From a virus: a DNA stretch of 38,670 nucleotides. Below the pieces are notes generated by a model that saw only the letters and a list, made by a program, of their open reading frames with translations, was not told where the DNA came from and searched no databases. Below are positions 1 to 7,731 of the stretch, in pieces; position 1 is the first letter of the stretch; each line of letters begins with the position of its first letter. The stretch spans positions 1 to 38,670 of IMG/VR virus record IMGVR_UViG_3300045988_088524. The stretch is one strand, 5' to 3'. The translations under genes were made by a program, and so were the position numbers.

Positions 1-155
1 ACACAACACCCGAAGATGATAAATGTGAGTATTGGCTTGGCGAATCAAATCCCCGCTGCCTTAACACCAAAAAAGCAATCGATTTGTGTTCATGCGGCGG
101 CGATAAATCGAAATGTGACTTCTACGCACACGTAAGAAAGATGGCTAATGAGTAG
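1..155 (+). CDS. 3' end of the junction-spanning gene that starts at 38142 (dATP/dGTP diphosphohydrolase-domain, MazZ-like protein); partial only because of the linearisation
   Basis: The frame of 38142..38670 continues without a stop through the duplicated 75 nt to TAG at 153-155. The tail is Cys-rich (CEYWLGESNPRC...CSCGGDKSKCDFY). Confidence 0.7.
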   Translation, partial: TTPEDDKCEYWLGESNPRCLNTKKAIDLCSCGGDKSKCDFYAHVRKMANE

Positions 156-450
156 CCGCAATAAAAAGCTCGAATATGATGGGGTGGTGCAGCCAATACT
201 GCGCTACCTCAATTCGTTACCGAACACCAAGGCAATCAACGTTCACGGAAGCGTCTTCTGTGAGCGGGGAACGCCTGACATCATAGGGTGTATTGATGGA
301 CGTGCTATACTGTTAGAGTGCAAGAGAAGCCCCATGGAAGCCGCAGAAAAAATACAGGAATGGCGTATGGCGGAATGGCGCAGCGCGGGAGCCATTGCGG
401 CACGGGTTGATAGTGTCGACCAAGTCAAGGAACTACTAAAAGACAAATAA
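148..450 (+). CDS. VRR-NUC / PD-(D/E)XK nuclease
   Basis: 100 aa with the core GTPDIIGCIDGRAILLECK (D...E.K). The ATG overlaps the upstream stop by 8 nt. It is the last gene of the plus-strand operon. Confidence 0.75.
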   Translation: MSSRNKKLEYDGVVQPILRYLNSLPNTKAINVHGSVFCERGTPDIIGCIDGRAILLECKRSPMEAAEKIQEWRMAEWRSAGAIAARVDSVDQVKELLKDK

Positions 451-472
451 GAGCGGGGAGAAATCCCCGCTC
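451..472. terminator. Hairpin terminator between convergent plus- and minus-strand units
   Basis: GAGCGGGGA-GAAA-TCCCCGCTC forms a 9-bp GC-rich stem. On the minus strand it is followed by TTATTTGTCTTTT. Confidence 0.6.
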
Positions 473-477
473 CTGTC

Positions 478-780
478 TTATTCCACAGCGTTGACTTTCC
501 GCATGACCGCGTTGTACAATCGTGGATTTGTAGCTTGTAGTGTAGTCATAAGTTCGTCAACTATGGCGAACACCTGTACGCTGTCTTTACCTGATACCGC
601 CCGTAAGAAGTCCGTTTCTCCGTTCACATCAAGCGGTGTAGGCTGCTCGGTGGGAGCCGCGCCCGCAAGATGGTCACGAACAATGTAGAGTGGTGCGAGT
701 TTCTCCACGACGGCATATGTGGTATCGCGCTTCGATTCCAGCATCAAAATTTCGTCATTAATGACGTCAAGGTTTAGCAT
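478..780 (-). CDS. hypothetical protein (last gene of accessory cassette)
   Basis: 100 aa from ATG 780, preceded by GGAGGGGTG. The track start at 819 is an upstream alternative codon. Confidence 0.5.
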   Translation of the reverse strand: MLNLDVINDEILMLESKRDTTYAVVEKLAPLYIVRDHLAGAAPTEQPTPLDVNGETDFLRAVSGKDSVQVFAIVDELMTTLQATNPRLYNAVMRKVNAVE

Positions 781-799
781 AGTCACCCCTCCAGTGTGC

Positions 800-1369
800 T
801 CAGCACATCTTAACCCCAATGTGCTTGGACTTCTTCTTGTACTTTTCGTGCATGTCAGGCTGGCATAAGTAAATAGCCGCTAAGTCATAGTCTGTGGAAG
901 CAAGTTCAGCCTGTTTGCGGCTTGCCTTTTTTAACTCCTGGTCTACGTCCTTTACAAGCTCACCAACCTTGCAAGCTGCTGCAACCTCGCCAAGTTCCAT
1001 TAGATTTGTGTACGCTTTCTCATAGAGTTTCTTGGTTTCGGACTCCCACTCGCACCAACGGTTAAAGCCATCACGGATAGCTCTCTTCTTAGTGTTGGCG
1101 TCTACTTCCTGCCTTGTGTACCCACGCCATGATGTAGGTATTACCTCAGGATTCTTTGTTGCGTCTTCGGACAGCAATTTGTTGTAGTGGTTTACATAGT
1201 ACCTGATAAGCCCTCTGCGCTCGCTGAACTCGCACATGGCGTGATACTCGTGACAGCGCTTGAAGCCGTGCAGATTGAGAAAGTCATAATACTCCGCGAA
1301 CTGGTCATGAAGCATTATGCCCTCAATCATGTGTGCGTTTATCTCCGCAAATATCTCGGCTACGGTCAT
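800..1369 (-). CDS. ferritin-like four-helix-bundle protein (putative)
   Basis: 189 aa with RBS GGAGGAA. The N-terminal half resembles ferritin helices A/B by eye (LHGFKRCHEYHAMCEFSERRG), but the ExxH ligand pattern is not conserved (EFSE). Confidence 0.35.
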   Translation of the reverse strand: MTVAEIFAEINAHMIEGIMLHDQFAEYYDFLNLHGFKRCHEYHAMCEFSERRGLIRYYVNHYNKLLSEDATKNPEVIPTSWRGYTRQEVDANTKKRAIRDGFNRWCEWESETKKLYEKAYTNLMELGEVAAACKVGELVKDVDQELKKASRKQAELASTDYDLAAIYLCQPDMHEKYKKKSKHIGVKMC

Positions 1370-1405
1370 TTCTAAGTTCCTCCAGTATCTTTGTAAGTTG
1401 ACTCG

Positions 1406-1804
1406 TTACAGCTTTTCAACCGTAACGGCAAGGTTACTGATTACCGACGCGACGCCGCCCAGCAGTATAGACAGCATAGAACTGTCGCAGCCACAGGCAT
1501 TGCGAACTATGGCGGTTACGCCAATGTTAACAGTGTCGCCCACTGCCGCTGTCTGAGAACCTGTAGCACCGACGATAGCGACACCATCTTTCTGCGCCGT
1601 AATAGAAACTGTACCTGCAGCGGTGGGAGCTACAGTCGCTGAGACGTTAACGAGGTAATATCCCTGACCGCAGAGTGTGATTGTATTGCCATCCTGTCTG
1701 ATATTCGGACCGTATCTACGGGTAGTAACACCAACGGGTACGATGCTTCCCACTGCAACAGTGGGGCTGGCTGTGTTAGTAGTGTAGATTGCACTTTTAC
1801 TCAT
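1406..1804 (-). CDS. BclA C-terminal-domain-like (C1q/TNF-like jelly-roll) protein
   Basis: 132 aa from ATG 1804 (RBS GAAAGGAA). It is a beta-rich Val/Thr/Ala pattern, GYYLVNVSATV...VSITAQKDGVAIVG...NLAVTVEKL, resembling exosporium BclA C-terminal domains. Confidence 0.45.
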   Translation of the reverse strand: MSKSAIYTTNTASPTVAVGSIVPVGVTTRRYGPNIRQDGNTITLCGQGYYLVNVSATVAPTAAGTVSITAQKDGVAIVGATGSQTAAVGDTVNIGVTAIVRNACGCDSSMLSILLGGVASVISNLAVTVEKL

Positions 1805-1830
1805 GATAGTATTCCTTTCAATATAAATTA

Positions 1831-1854
1831 ATGGGGCGACTATTGCCGCCCCAT
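1831..1854 (-). terminator. rho-independent terminator inside accessory cassette
   Basis: Minus strand ATGGGGCG-N8-CGCCCCAT, followed by TAATTTATATT. Confidence 0.5.
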
Positions 1855-1892
1855 TGTAAGCCTCGCCAAATAGGGCGTGTGTCATGCATCAA

Positions 1893-2528
1893 TTAGATAT
1901 TGTTGCAGCCGCACGAATTACAGCCGCAGAAAGGGGAAGCTCCTGCGTTGTAGGTGTAACCCATGGGGTATCTTACGACACCACAGAAGCGGCTATCCAT
2001 CTCAAGGCTGGAAACCTTGTCGCGGAGAGCCTGAATTTCGTTGGTCTGAATGAGTGCGCGTGTAGCTTCGCCCTCCGCGTGAATTGCGGTAGTGATGTCG
2101 CAGGTCTGTCTGTCCATCTGTGCTGCAAGATTAGCAGTCGCAAGACGGTTATCGCAGCAGCACTGTGCAAGCTGAGCCTGAATGTTGTTGCCGGTCTGCA
2201 TAATGGTAGTGTTAGTACCCGCCTGAGCGAGCGCTACTTCCTTACCAAGCTGGCCGATGCCGCCCTGTATGTCGTAGCCGAGGCTGCAGATACCGTTCCC
2301 GATGTTCGTCAGACGGTCGTTGAGCTGACCGAACTGCTGACCGAACAGGATTTCCTGCTGTGAAGCGGCAGTGGCATACTGACCGTATTCGCCCTGTCTG
2401 TTACCCCAATTGTTGCCGTTAAAGCCCCAGAAGAGGAACAGGAGAATAACCCACCACGCATTGCCACCAAAGGCACCGTCAGTGTCCTTTGTAACAGCGG
2501 CGAGGTCAGAAAGTGAATAATTGTCCAT
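1893..2528 (-). CDS. membrane-anchored Q-rich coiled-coil protein with Cys clusters, function unknown
   Basis: 211 aa with a TM segment (WWVILLFLFWGF), QCCCDN mid-protein and a C-terminal FCGCNSCGCNNI. RBS GAAAGGAAAA. Confidence 0.5.
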   Translation of the reverse strand: MDNYSLSDLAAVTKDTDGAFGGNAWWVILLFLFWGFNGNNWGNRQGEYGQYATAASQQEILFGQQFGQLNDRLTNIGNGICSLGYDIQGGIGQLGKEVALAQAGTNTTIMQTGNNIQAQLAQCCCDNRLATANLAAQMDRQTCDITTAIHAEGEATRALIQTNEIQALRDKVSSLEMDSRFCGVVRYPMGYTYNAGASPFCGCNSCGCNNI

Positions 2529-2574
2529 TGCTATTTTCCTTTCGTTAATGTATTATAAAGCGTTGCGCACCGCT

Positions 2575-2796
2575 TTATTTCAGTATTCCCTGCAGGCTCT
2601 GCGCTTGCTGTTTAAGCTGCTCAAACTGAGCCTGCGACATTTTGCCGCTCTTCAAAAGTTCCTGTACGATAGCCTGCGGGTCCTTGCCCTGCAGTTGCTT
2701 CTTAAACTCGGCAAACTGCCTTAGCATCTGAATGGGGTTACTATTCGGAATCGCCGGAGTGTTTGCTTGCATTGCCTGTAGTATCGGATTTATCAT
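2575..2796 (-). CDS. small helical Q-rich protein, function unknown
   Basis: 73 aa. The ATG is preceded by GGAGGA at 8 nt. The start lies 56 nt inside the 3' end of the upstream gene, in another frame. Confidence 0.45.
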   Translation of the reverse strand: MINPILQAMQANTPAIPNSNPIQMLRQFAEFKKQLQGKDPQAIVQELLKSGKMSQAQFEQLKQQAQSLQGILK

Positions 2797-3115
2797 TTAA
2801 CATATCCTCCAATCTTTTCACACGATTCTCAAGATTGCCTACATCAACAGCGGGTGCGGGCTGATATGGTGTTATGCTATAAGGTGCAACAGTCTTATAG
2901 CCTGCGCCATCAGACTGCACCAGCCACACTATTGGTGCAGATTCGTCAAGCAGCAGTGCCGAACTATTGGGTGCTAGCTGATAAGCACGTGCCCCATTTT
3001 CACCGTTTACTTTGGTTATCTCACTTCGCATGGGAGGCTGATTCATTCCCATTGGGTTGTTGTATGCGTTGTACCCACCATAACCCGAGTACCCATACGT
3101 GTTTGTTCCGTACAT
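2741..3115 (-). CDS. protein with G/Y/N-rich N-terminus and C-terminal coiled coil, function unknown
   Basis: 124 aa, beginning MYGTNTYGYSGYGGYNAYNNPMGMNQ. RBS GAGAGGGGGA. It is the first gene downstream of the 3142-3171 promoter. Confidence 0.5.
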   Translation of the reverse strand: MYGTNTYGYSGYGGYNAYNNPMGMNQPPMRSEITKVNGENGARAYQLAPNSSALLLDESAPIVWLVQSDGAGYKTVAPYSITPYQPAPAVDVGNLENRVKRLEDMLNDKSDTTGNASKHSGDSE

Positions 3116-3141
3116 GCTAATCCCCCTCTCTTTCTATTTTT

Positions 3142-3171
3142 ATTATAACATACAGAAATACCCCTTGGCAA
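3142..3171 (-). promoter_or_regulatory. sigma-A-type promoter of the accessory cassette
   Basis: Minus strand TTGCCA (3171-3166), 18 nt, then TGT-TATAAT (3147-3142). Confidence 0.55.
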
Positions 3172-3184
3172 TGAAGCCAAGGGG
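3161..3184 (-). terminator. rho-independent terminator ending the late/lysis operon
   Basis: GCCCCTTGGC-N6-GCCAAGGGG, followed on the minus strand by TATTTCTGTATGTT. Confidence 0.65.
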
Positions 3185-3200
3185 CAACTTTCGTGCGTAT

Positions 3201-3401
3201 TTATTTGAGATGTTTAAACAGTCGTTCCTCCGACTTATAGACGACATTTTTAGTTTGGCGAACGGAAAGCCCAAACTCTTCCGCAAGTGGCTCGTAACAG
3301 ATACCGTCAATTAGCCTACGTTTGAGTATCTTGCGGTCACGTTCACTTTTAATCCACTCGTCAACTAGCGTAGACAACTCAGAGTTCGGTAAGTCAATCA
3401 T
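3201..3401 (-). CDS. sigma-70 region-4-like HTH protein
   Basis: 66 aa. ERDRKILKRRLIDGICYEPLAEEFGLSVRQTKNVVYKSEERL matches the region-4 HTH pattern. Confidence 0.5.
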   Translation of the reverse strand: MIDLPNSELSTLVDEWIKSERDRKILKRRLIDGICYEPLAEEFGLSVRQTKNVVYKSEERLFKHLK

Positions 3402-3476
3402 GGTGATTTTCTTCGCCTCGTTCCCTTAGATTTCCCGTTTTTCTTGGTTCGAGTTCGTGTGTTGGTTTTTGTTACT

Positions 3477-3755
3477 TTAATCCGTGCCGCCATTAGTTAT
3501 GTCACCATCATTCCCGACGAAGTTCGCATTACTGTTTCCGTCTGCCTGTATTTCCACAGTGGATGTTTCACTGGACGAGTAATCGTACTGACACCAAGCC
3601 CACAGCCACAGGGCGTTACTGGCGAACACTAACGCAACCGAAATGATAAGAGCGATGATGAGCCTTTTCATCGTTCGTTCCGAGCGAGCAATTGTACTTT
3701 CAAACACAACATATGGGACGTTATCCATATTATTTGACTTCCTTTCTAGTGTCAT
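3477..3755 (-). CDS. single-pass membrane protein of the lysis cassette
   Basis: 92 aa with TM segment LIIALIISVALVFASNALWLWAW. There is an ATGA overlap with the upstream stop. An alternative start is at 3728. Confidence 0.45.
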   Translation of the reverse strand: MTLERKSNNMDNVPYVVFESTIARSERTMKRLIIALIISVALVFASNALWLWAWCQYDYSSSETSTVEIQADGNSNANFVGNDGDITNGGTD

Positions 3756-3988
3756 GTCTTTTCCAAATCATCAATCCTGTGATTGGCAACGGCGATTTTT
3801 TCGTCAAGGACAGCTTCATGCTGTTCGAGCTTATAAACTCGCTCAACAACGCCGTTATGTTTATCAACTTTTTTCTCGAGCTGTTCAATGCGGTACAGCG
3901 TTTTGTTGTGGCCGGTGAGTGCCCCGAAAAAAGAGCCGCCAAGAGAGCCAATCAAAGCGATTAATGCGAGTATGATAGCTTCTGACAT
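3752..3988 (-). CDS. xhlA: XhlA-family lysis-associated membrane protein
   Basis: 78 aa with an N-terminal TM segment plus a coiled coil (RIEQLEKKVDKHNGVVERVYKLEQ). Confidence 0.6.
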   Translation of the reverse strand: MSEAIILALIALIGSLGGSFFGALTGHNKTLYRIEQLEKKVDKHNGVVERVYKLEQHEAVLDEKIAVANHRIDDLEKT

Positions 3989-3993
3989 TACCT

Positions 3994-4206
3994 TTATTCC
4001 TCCGATTTTTCGTTTTCTTTGGTTGCTGCCTTGTCAACAGCACCCTCGGACAGTATGTATACCGCCAGAACGCCCACCGAGGAAATGACCCCCGCCACAC
4101 GTTCCTGACTCTCCGCATTCTGCCCAAACGCCATCATTACGGCAATAACAACGCCCGAAACTGCCGCCCAAAACTTGCGGCTCGAAAGCTTGCGTTTCCA
4201 GTCCAT
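3994..4206 (-). CDS. holin (two TM segments)
   Basis: 70 aa with two hydrophobic segments and a charged C-terminal tail. It lies directly downstream of the endolysin. Confidence 0.6.
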   Translation of the reverse strand: MDWKRKLSSRKFWAAVSGVVIAVMMAFGQNAESQERVAGVISSVGVLAVYILSEGAVDKAATKENEKSEE

Positions 4207-4209
4207 ATG

Positions 4210-4953
4210 TTACACCTCCTTGCTCCGCCGAACAGCCGTCATACCCATTTCCGAGCATTTTTTCATAATCCCCGCTGCCTGTTCGGCGGTTAAATCGTCC
4301 GCCACTGCCGACACTGAGAAACGCTGTTTATCAACCCCGGAAAAGCCGTTTAAACAGCGTTTTTTAATTGTAGTCGGATAATCATAATAGGAGATATTTG
4401 TATCAACATCTCCCGAAATTCCCGGAACAGAACCTTTCCACGAATTTTGCCACATACCCACATTTCGGCAGGCAGTAGGCTTGATATTTTCGACCCTTGC
4501 CGACCATGCCGCATAGCGTTTGGTTATTTCGGGCGATAAGTTTGACGCAAAAAAGCTGTCGAAACTGTACACGCCTGCATAATATCCTGCGGCTTCCAAG
4601 CGTCCGCAAAAAGCCTTAACGAGGTCATCGCAATTACCTCTAAGGACGTGCGAACGCTCCTCGATATCGAACCAGACGGGGAACTCCAGCTGTTTATCTT
4701 TAATGAGCTTCAGACAAAATTCCGCTTCTTTTTCGGCATCCGCTGCGGAATCCGCATAGCTATAATGATATGCTCCGACAGGCAGCCCCACACGCTTACA
4801 CTCGCTGTAATTGCGCTCGAACTGCTCATCTACCTGACTTGCATGCTCCCTGCCGAAACCACATCTAAGGATTGCGAAATCGACCTTGCCGCTTGCTTTG
4901 ACCTTATCCCAGTCAATGTTTCCATTATGCTGAGAAACATCTATTCCTCTCAT
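4210..4953 (-). CDS. endolysin, glycoside hydrolase family 25 muramidase
   Basis: The N-terminus MRGIDVSQHNGNIDWDKVKASGKVDFAILRCGFG is the typical GH25 signature. Confidence 0.85.
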   Translation of the reverse strand: MRGIDVSQHNGNIDWDKVKASGKVDFAILRCGFGREHASQVDEQFERNYSECKRVGLPVGAYHYSYADSAADAEKEAEFCLKLIKDKQLEFPVWFDIEERSHVLRGNCDDLVKAFCGRLEAAGYYAGVYSFDSFFASNLSPEITKRYAAWSARVENIKPTACRNVGMWQNSWKGSVPGISGDVDTNISYYDYPTTIKKRCLNGFSGVDKQRFSVSAVADDLTAEQAAGIMKKCSEMGMTAVRRSKEV

Positions 4954-5049
4954 TTAATAACCTCCGTCCCCATGCCTGCGCCATGTCTGGCGCAATTGCA
5001 ATTTCTCGGTCATGTCCGCCATAACTGGCGGGTCTGTTGGTGTCATCAT
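4954..5049 (-). CDS. 31-aa ORF between tail and lysis genes
   Basis: MMTPTDPPVMADMTEKLQLRQTWRRHGDGGY. RBS AAGGGGG. Its TAA abuts the endolysin ATG. Confidence 0.25.
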   Translation of the reverse strand: MMTPTDPPVMADMTEKLQLRQTWRRHGDGGY

Positions 5050-5060
5050 TTCAAACCCCC

Positions 5061-5669
5061 TTAAATTGTCCATACAGTCGTGTATCCGGCGTTGATGTTT
5101 GGTCCCCATAGATTTTCTGTTACCGTACCGTTACTGCTGGTACTCACGACTTTAATGTAGCCATCCGACTGTATCGACGACATATTGCCAGGCGTCTTGC
5201 CATAGTCAGGCACACGCAGTGCTATCTTATGCAACACAAGTTGTCCGTCGCGGTACGTGTCCACATAGTACACCATGTTGTCCTTATACGGCGCACCAGG
5301 AGGGCTAAACACGCCATACATCACCTGTGTTATTTCACCGTCCGAAGATATGGCTGTAAGATAAGGCCAGTCTGCTCCATCCATGCTCGGCTTGAACTCA
5401 CTATCCACATCAATTGTGGGCGGCGTTATCTCGGTGCCGTCAGGCAGCTGTGGTTTGATTTGGTCAATGACCCATTGTATAAGGTCATCAGCGTCCTTTT
5501 GGGATAACCCTCTGACATTGACGGTGACAGGGTCAAACCCGTCCGCGTTATCATCGGCTGCATGATAAGTGCCGTTTTTGGTAATAGTCTTGCTGATAAT
5601 TGTGCCGCCCGAGTCGGCTTTATGACCCAGCAGATACCCGACACAAACACCGGTTTCAAAGTCGTTCAT
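5061..5669 (-). CDS. distal tail protein, candidate receptor-binding protein
   Basis: 202 aa from ATG 5669. The call rests on its position immediately after Tal; no motif was recognised. Confidence 0.35.
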   Translation of the reverse strand: MNDFETGVCVGYLLGHKADSGGTIISKTITKNGTYHAADDNADGFDPVTVNVRGLSQKDADDLIQWVIDQIKPQLPDGTEITPPTIDVDSEFKPSMDGADWPYLTAISSDGEITQVMYGVFSPPGAPYKDNMVYYVDTYRDGQLVLHKIALRVPDYGKTPGNMSSIQSDGYIKVVSTSSNGTVTENLWGPNINAGYTTVWTI

Positions 5670-5683
5670 ACACGCACACACCC

Positions 5684-6982
5684 CTATTCGTATTTAATCG
5701 GCACTGCCCCGAAGTTGGTTAACTGCTTTTCGGCATCATAACTACATGCGAACGATGCCGTTGTGTCGTCCGTGTAGGTGATAGTAATGTTTACTATATC
5801 ATCATCGGCGTTCTTCTTGGCGGTAATTGAAGCTACATCAGCCTTACTTGTAGCCACCATATCCATGCCCGCGTCAACCTTACTTGTGGCCGCTACACTA
5901 GAAACGGATCGCTTTTTCGTTCCCAGGTCAATTGACGTGTATCTTTCATGCGCCACGTCAAACACGGTCTTGATGCATCGCTGTGTCACTGCCGACTCAC
6001 CATGACCCAAGTTGATGCTTATCGTGTCGCCAAGTTCGATATGGTCTACGTCGGTTAAATGTGCGTACTCCACGGTGCTACCCCTCGGTACGACCTTTAC
6101 ACTACATCTATTGGCGCTATTTCCGATGTCCAGGTTGGCTCTGACGAACTCGTGAATACATTCGTCTAAGTCGCTCGGCTGAGGCTTTTCGGAGAATTTA
6201 CTGGAACAGTCCAGAATGCATGGCTTGAAATAAAGGTCATTTACACTGGTGTTGGCGTACAGGGGCTTAAACACGGGGTCGGTGTAAACTATAGTTTGTG
6301 CACCGTCCCCTGCGTTAGGGTCTGCGCCTTTCCAAAAGGCACACACGCATGTGTATTGGCCGCTCGTGTCCCATTCCATTGTAGCAGTCTGGATATTCTC
6401 GCCATAGCTGACGGAAACGCCCCTATCACTGCCGCGACGGTCTAAGAGGGTTATTGCGTTGTTCGTAAACACCCAATCCCCACCCCACGTGGAAGCCATT
6501 CTATTTCTGACGGACTTTATCGCAGTGGGAGTCGGCACACTCCACTTATACACGGAGTTGTTGGTCAGCTCTGACACGAAAGTAAACCCCGGAACGTTAC
6601 CCTGTATGCTTGAATTGAGGTGTGCTATCATAGTGTCAACACTGCCCTCAGTGTCTTCGTAGTCCGTGTTGGGAAAGCAAACGTATCTGTCAACGGCATA
6701 AGTGGTATGCTCCGCCCAAATCGTAACCACTCCGCTAATAGGCTTCGATATCTTGTAGACCCTGAACAGCTGCGGGGTTTCGCAATAAGGGTTCGGCTTG
6801 GCTTTCACCCAACACGCCTCATGAATGTCTGAGTAGTGCACTCCAACTACGGGGTATTGCATCACCAACTCAAAAGACGTGTTCAGTTCTTCAGTTACAC
6901 TACACGTTATGACGTCGCGCAGAATGCCGACACCATTACCGCTGAAATCCGTTGCATCGCTGCTGTACAATATGGGAAACAT
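5684..6982 (-). CDS. tail-associated protein Tal (prophage tail endopeptidase-type N-terminal domain)
   Basis: Begins MFPILYSSDATDFSGNGVGILRD. RBS GGAGG. TAATG overlap with Dit. Confidence 0.75.
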   Translation of the reverse strand: MFPILYSSDATDFSGNGVGILRDVITCSVTEELNTSFELVMQYPVVGVHYSDIHEACWVKAKPNPYCETPQLFRVYKISKPISGVVTIWAEHTTYAVDRYVCFPNTDYEDTEGSVDTMIAHLNSSIQGNVPGFTFVSELTNNSVYKWSVPTPTAIKSVRNRMASTWGGDWVFTNNAITLLDRRGSDRGVSVSYGENIQTATMEWDTSGQYTCVCAFWKGADPNAGDGAQTIVYTDPVFKPLYANTSVNDLYFKPCILDCSSKFSEKPQPSDLDECIHEFVRANLDIGNSANRCSVKVVPRGSTVEYAHLTDVDHIELGDTISINLGHGESAVTQRCIKTVFDVAHERYTSIDLGTKKRSVSSVAATSKVDAGMDMVATSKADVASITAKKNADDDIVNITITYTDDTTASFACSYDAEKQLTNFGAVPIKYE

Positions 6983-7731
6983 TACAAGTACCTCCAATTT
7001 GGTTCAATGGACAGCACGTTGATGTCGCCTGACCAAGAAATGGCGTTTTCACCAGGAGATAGCGTGGGGAACTTAGTCCAATTTACTAAGGTGTTAAGTC
7101 CACCAGTTGCGCCCGACACGTCCAACCTGTCACTGTCAACAGTAGCAATCACAGGCTGTTTGGGGCTTCGTATCTCAAAGGTTTCGCCGTTCACAACGAG
7201 CGTACCCGCGCCACGAATGTTCACGGAAATTCTTGGGTATGCCACGAAAGGCGTAGGGTTGGTGAGGGTGCTGCTGTTCTTGGGAGTCTGTGAAGTTTGC
7301 CGTAACGCCCGCCGTGTGGTCTGCGTGGTCTGTACAGACTGTACAGTGTCAGCAAATCTGAATGGAGAACAGTCGAATACTATTGTGAATGGATTTAGCA
7401 AATTCAAGCGGGTCTGCAGTTCTGCCGCACTTGTGATGACTGCTTTGTAGTGGAATCCGCTTGTAATGCCAAGTTTACGTTCGCCAAATGTCCCGAGCAG
7501 GAACTCGGAAACGTTAGCCATGGCTGTGGTTACGTCATCTCCCAGACAGTAGCAGGTCGCTGTTGCTGTGCGGGAATCGTAGGCATCGTTGAATATGTGC
7601 ACATTTCCACTTCGCCCCGCTATCTTTACCGTTGTGATTGACGGCACGAGTGGGGAGAGTTCTATAGGCTTCTGCAAAATGACACCCTTTGACTTTGCCG
7701 AAACCCCGTCAAGTGTGAAATCAAGCTCCAT
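6982..7731 (-). CDS. distal tail protein Dit
   Basis: 249 aa, beginning MELDFTLDGVSAKSKGVIL...KIAGRSG, located after the tape measure. RBS GGGAGGTGG. Confidence 0.75.
   Translation of the reverse strand: MELDFTLDGVSAKSKGVILQKPIELSPLVPSITTVKIAGRSGNVHIFNDAYDSRTATATCYCLGDDVTTAMANVSEFLLGTFGERKLGITSGFHYKAVITSAAELQTRLNLLNPFTIVFDCSPFRFADTVQSVQTTQTTRRALRQTSQTPKNSSTLTNPTPFVAYPRISVNIRGAGTLVVNGETFEIRSPKQPVIATVDSDRLDVSGATGGLNTLVNWTKFPTLSPGENAISWSGDINVLSIEPNWRYL

Noticed and set aside
1-75. The 75-nt end repeat as a biological direct terminal repeat or cos region
   Set aside because: An ORF and an operon run straight through it, and the match is exact. The terminase is of the headful (PBSX) type. An assembly closure overlap is the simpler explanation.
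800-1369. Calling the 189-aa protein a functional iron-storage ferritin or Dps
   Set aside because: The helix pattern is ferritin-like, but the ExxH ferroxidase ligands are not conserved. Only a fold-level, low-confidence call is justified.
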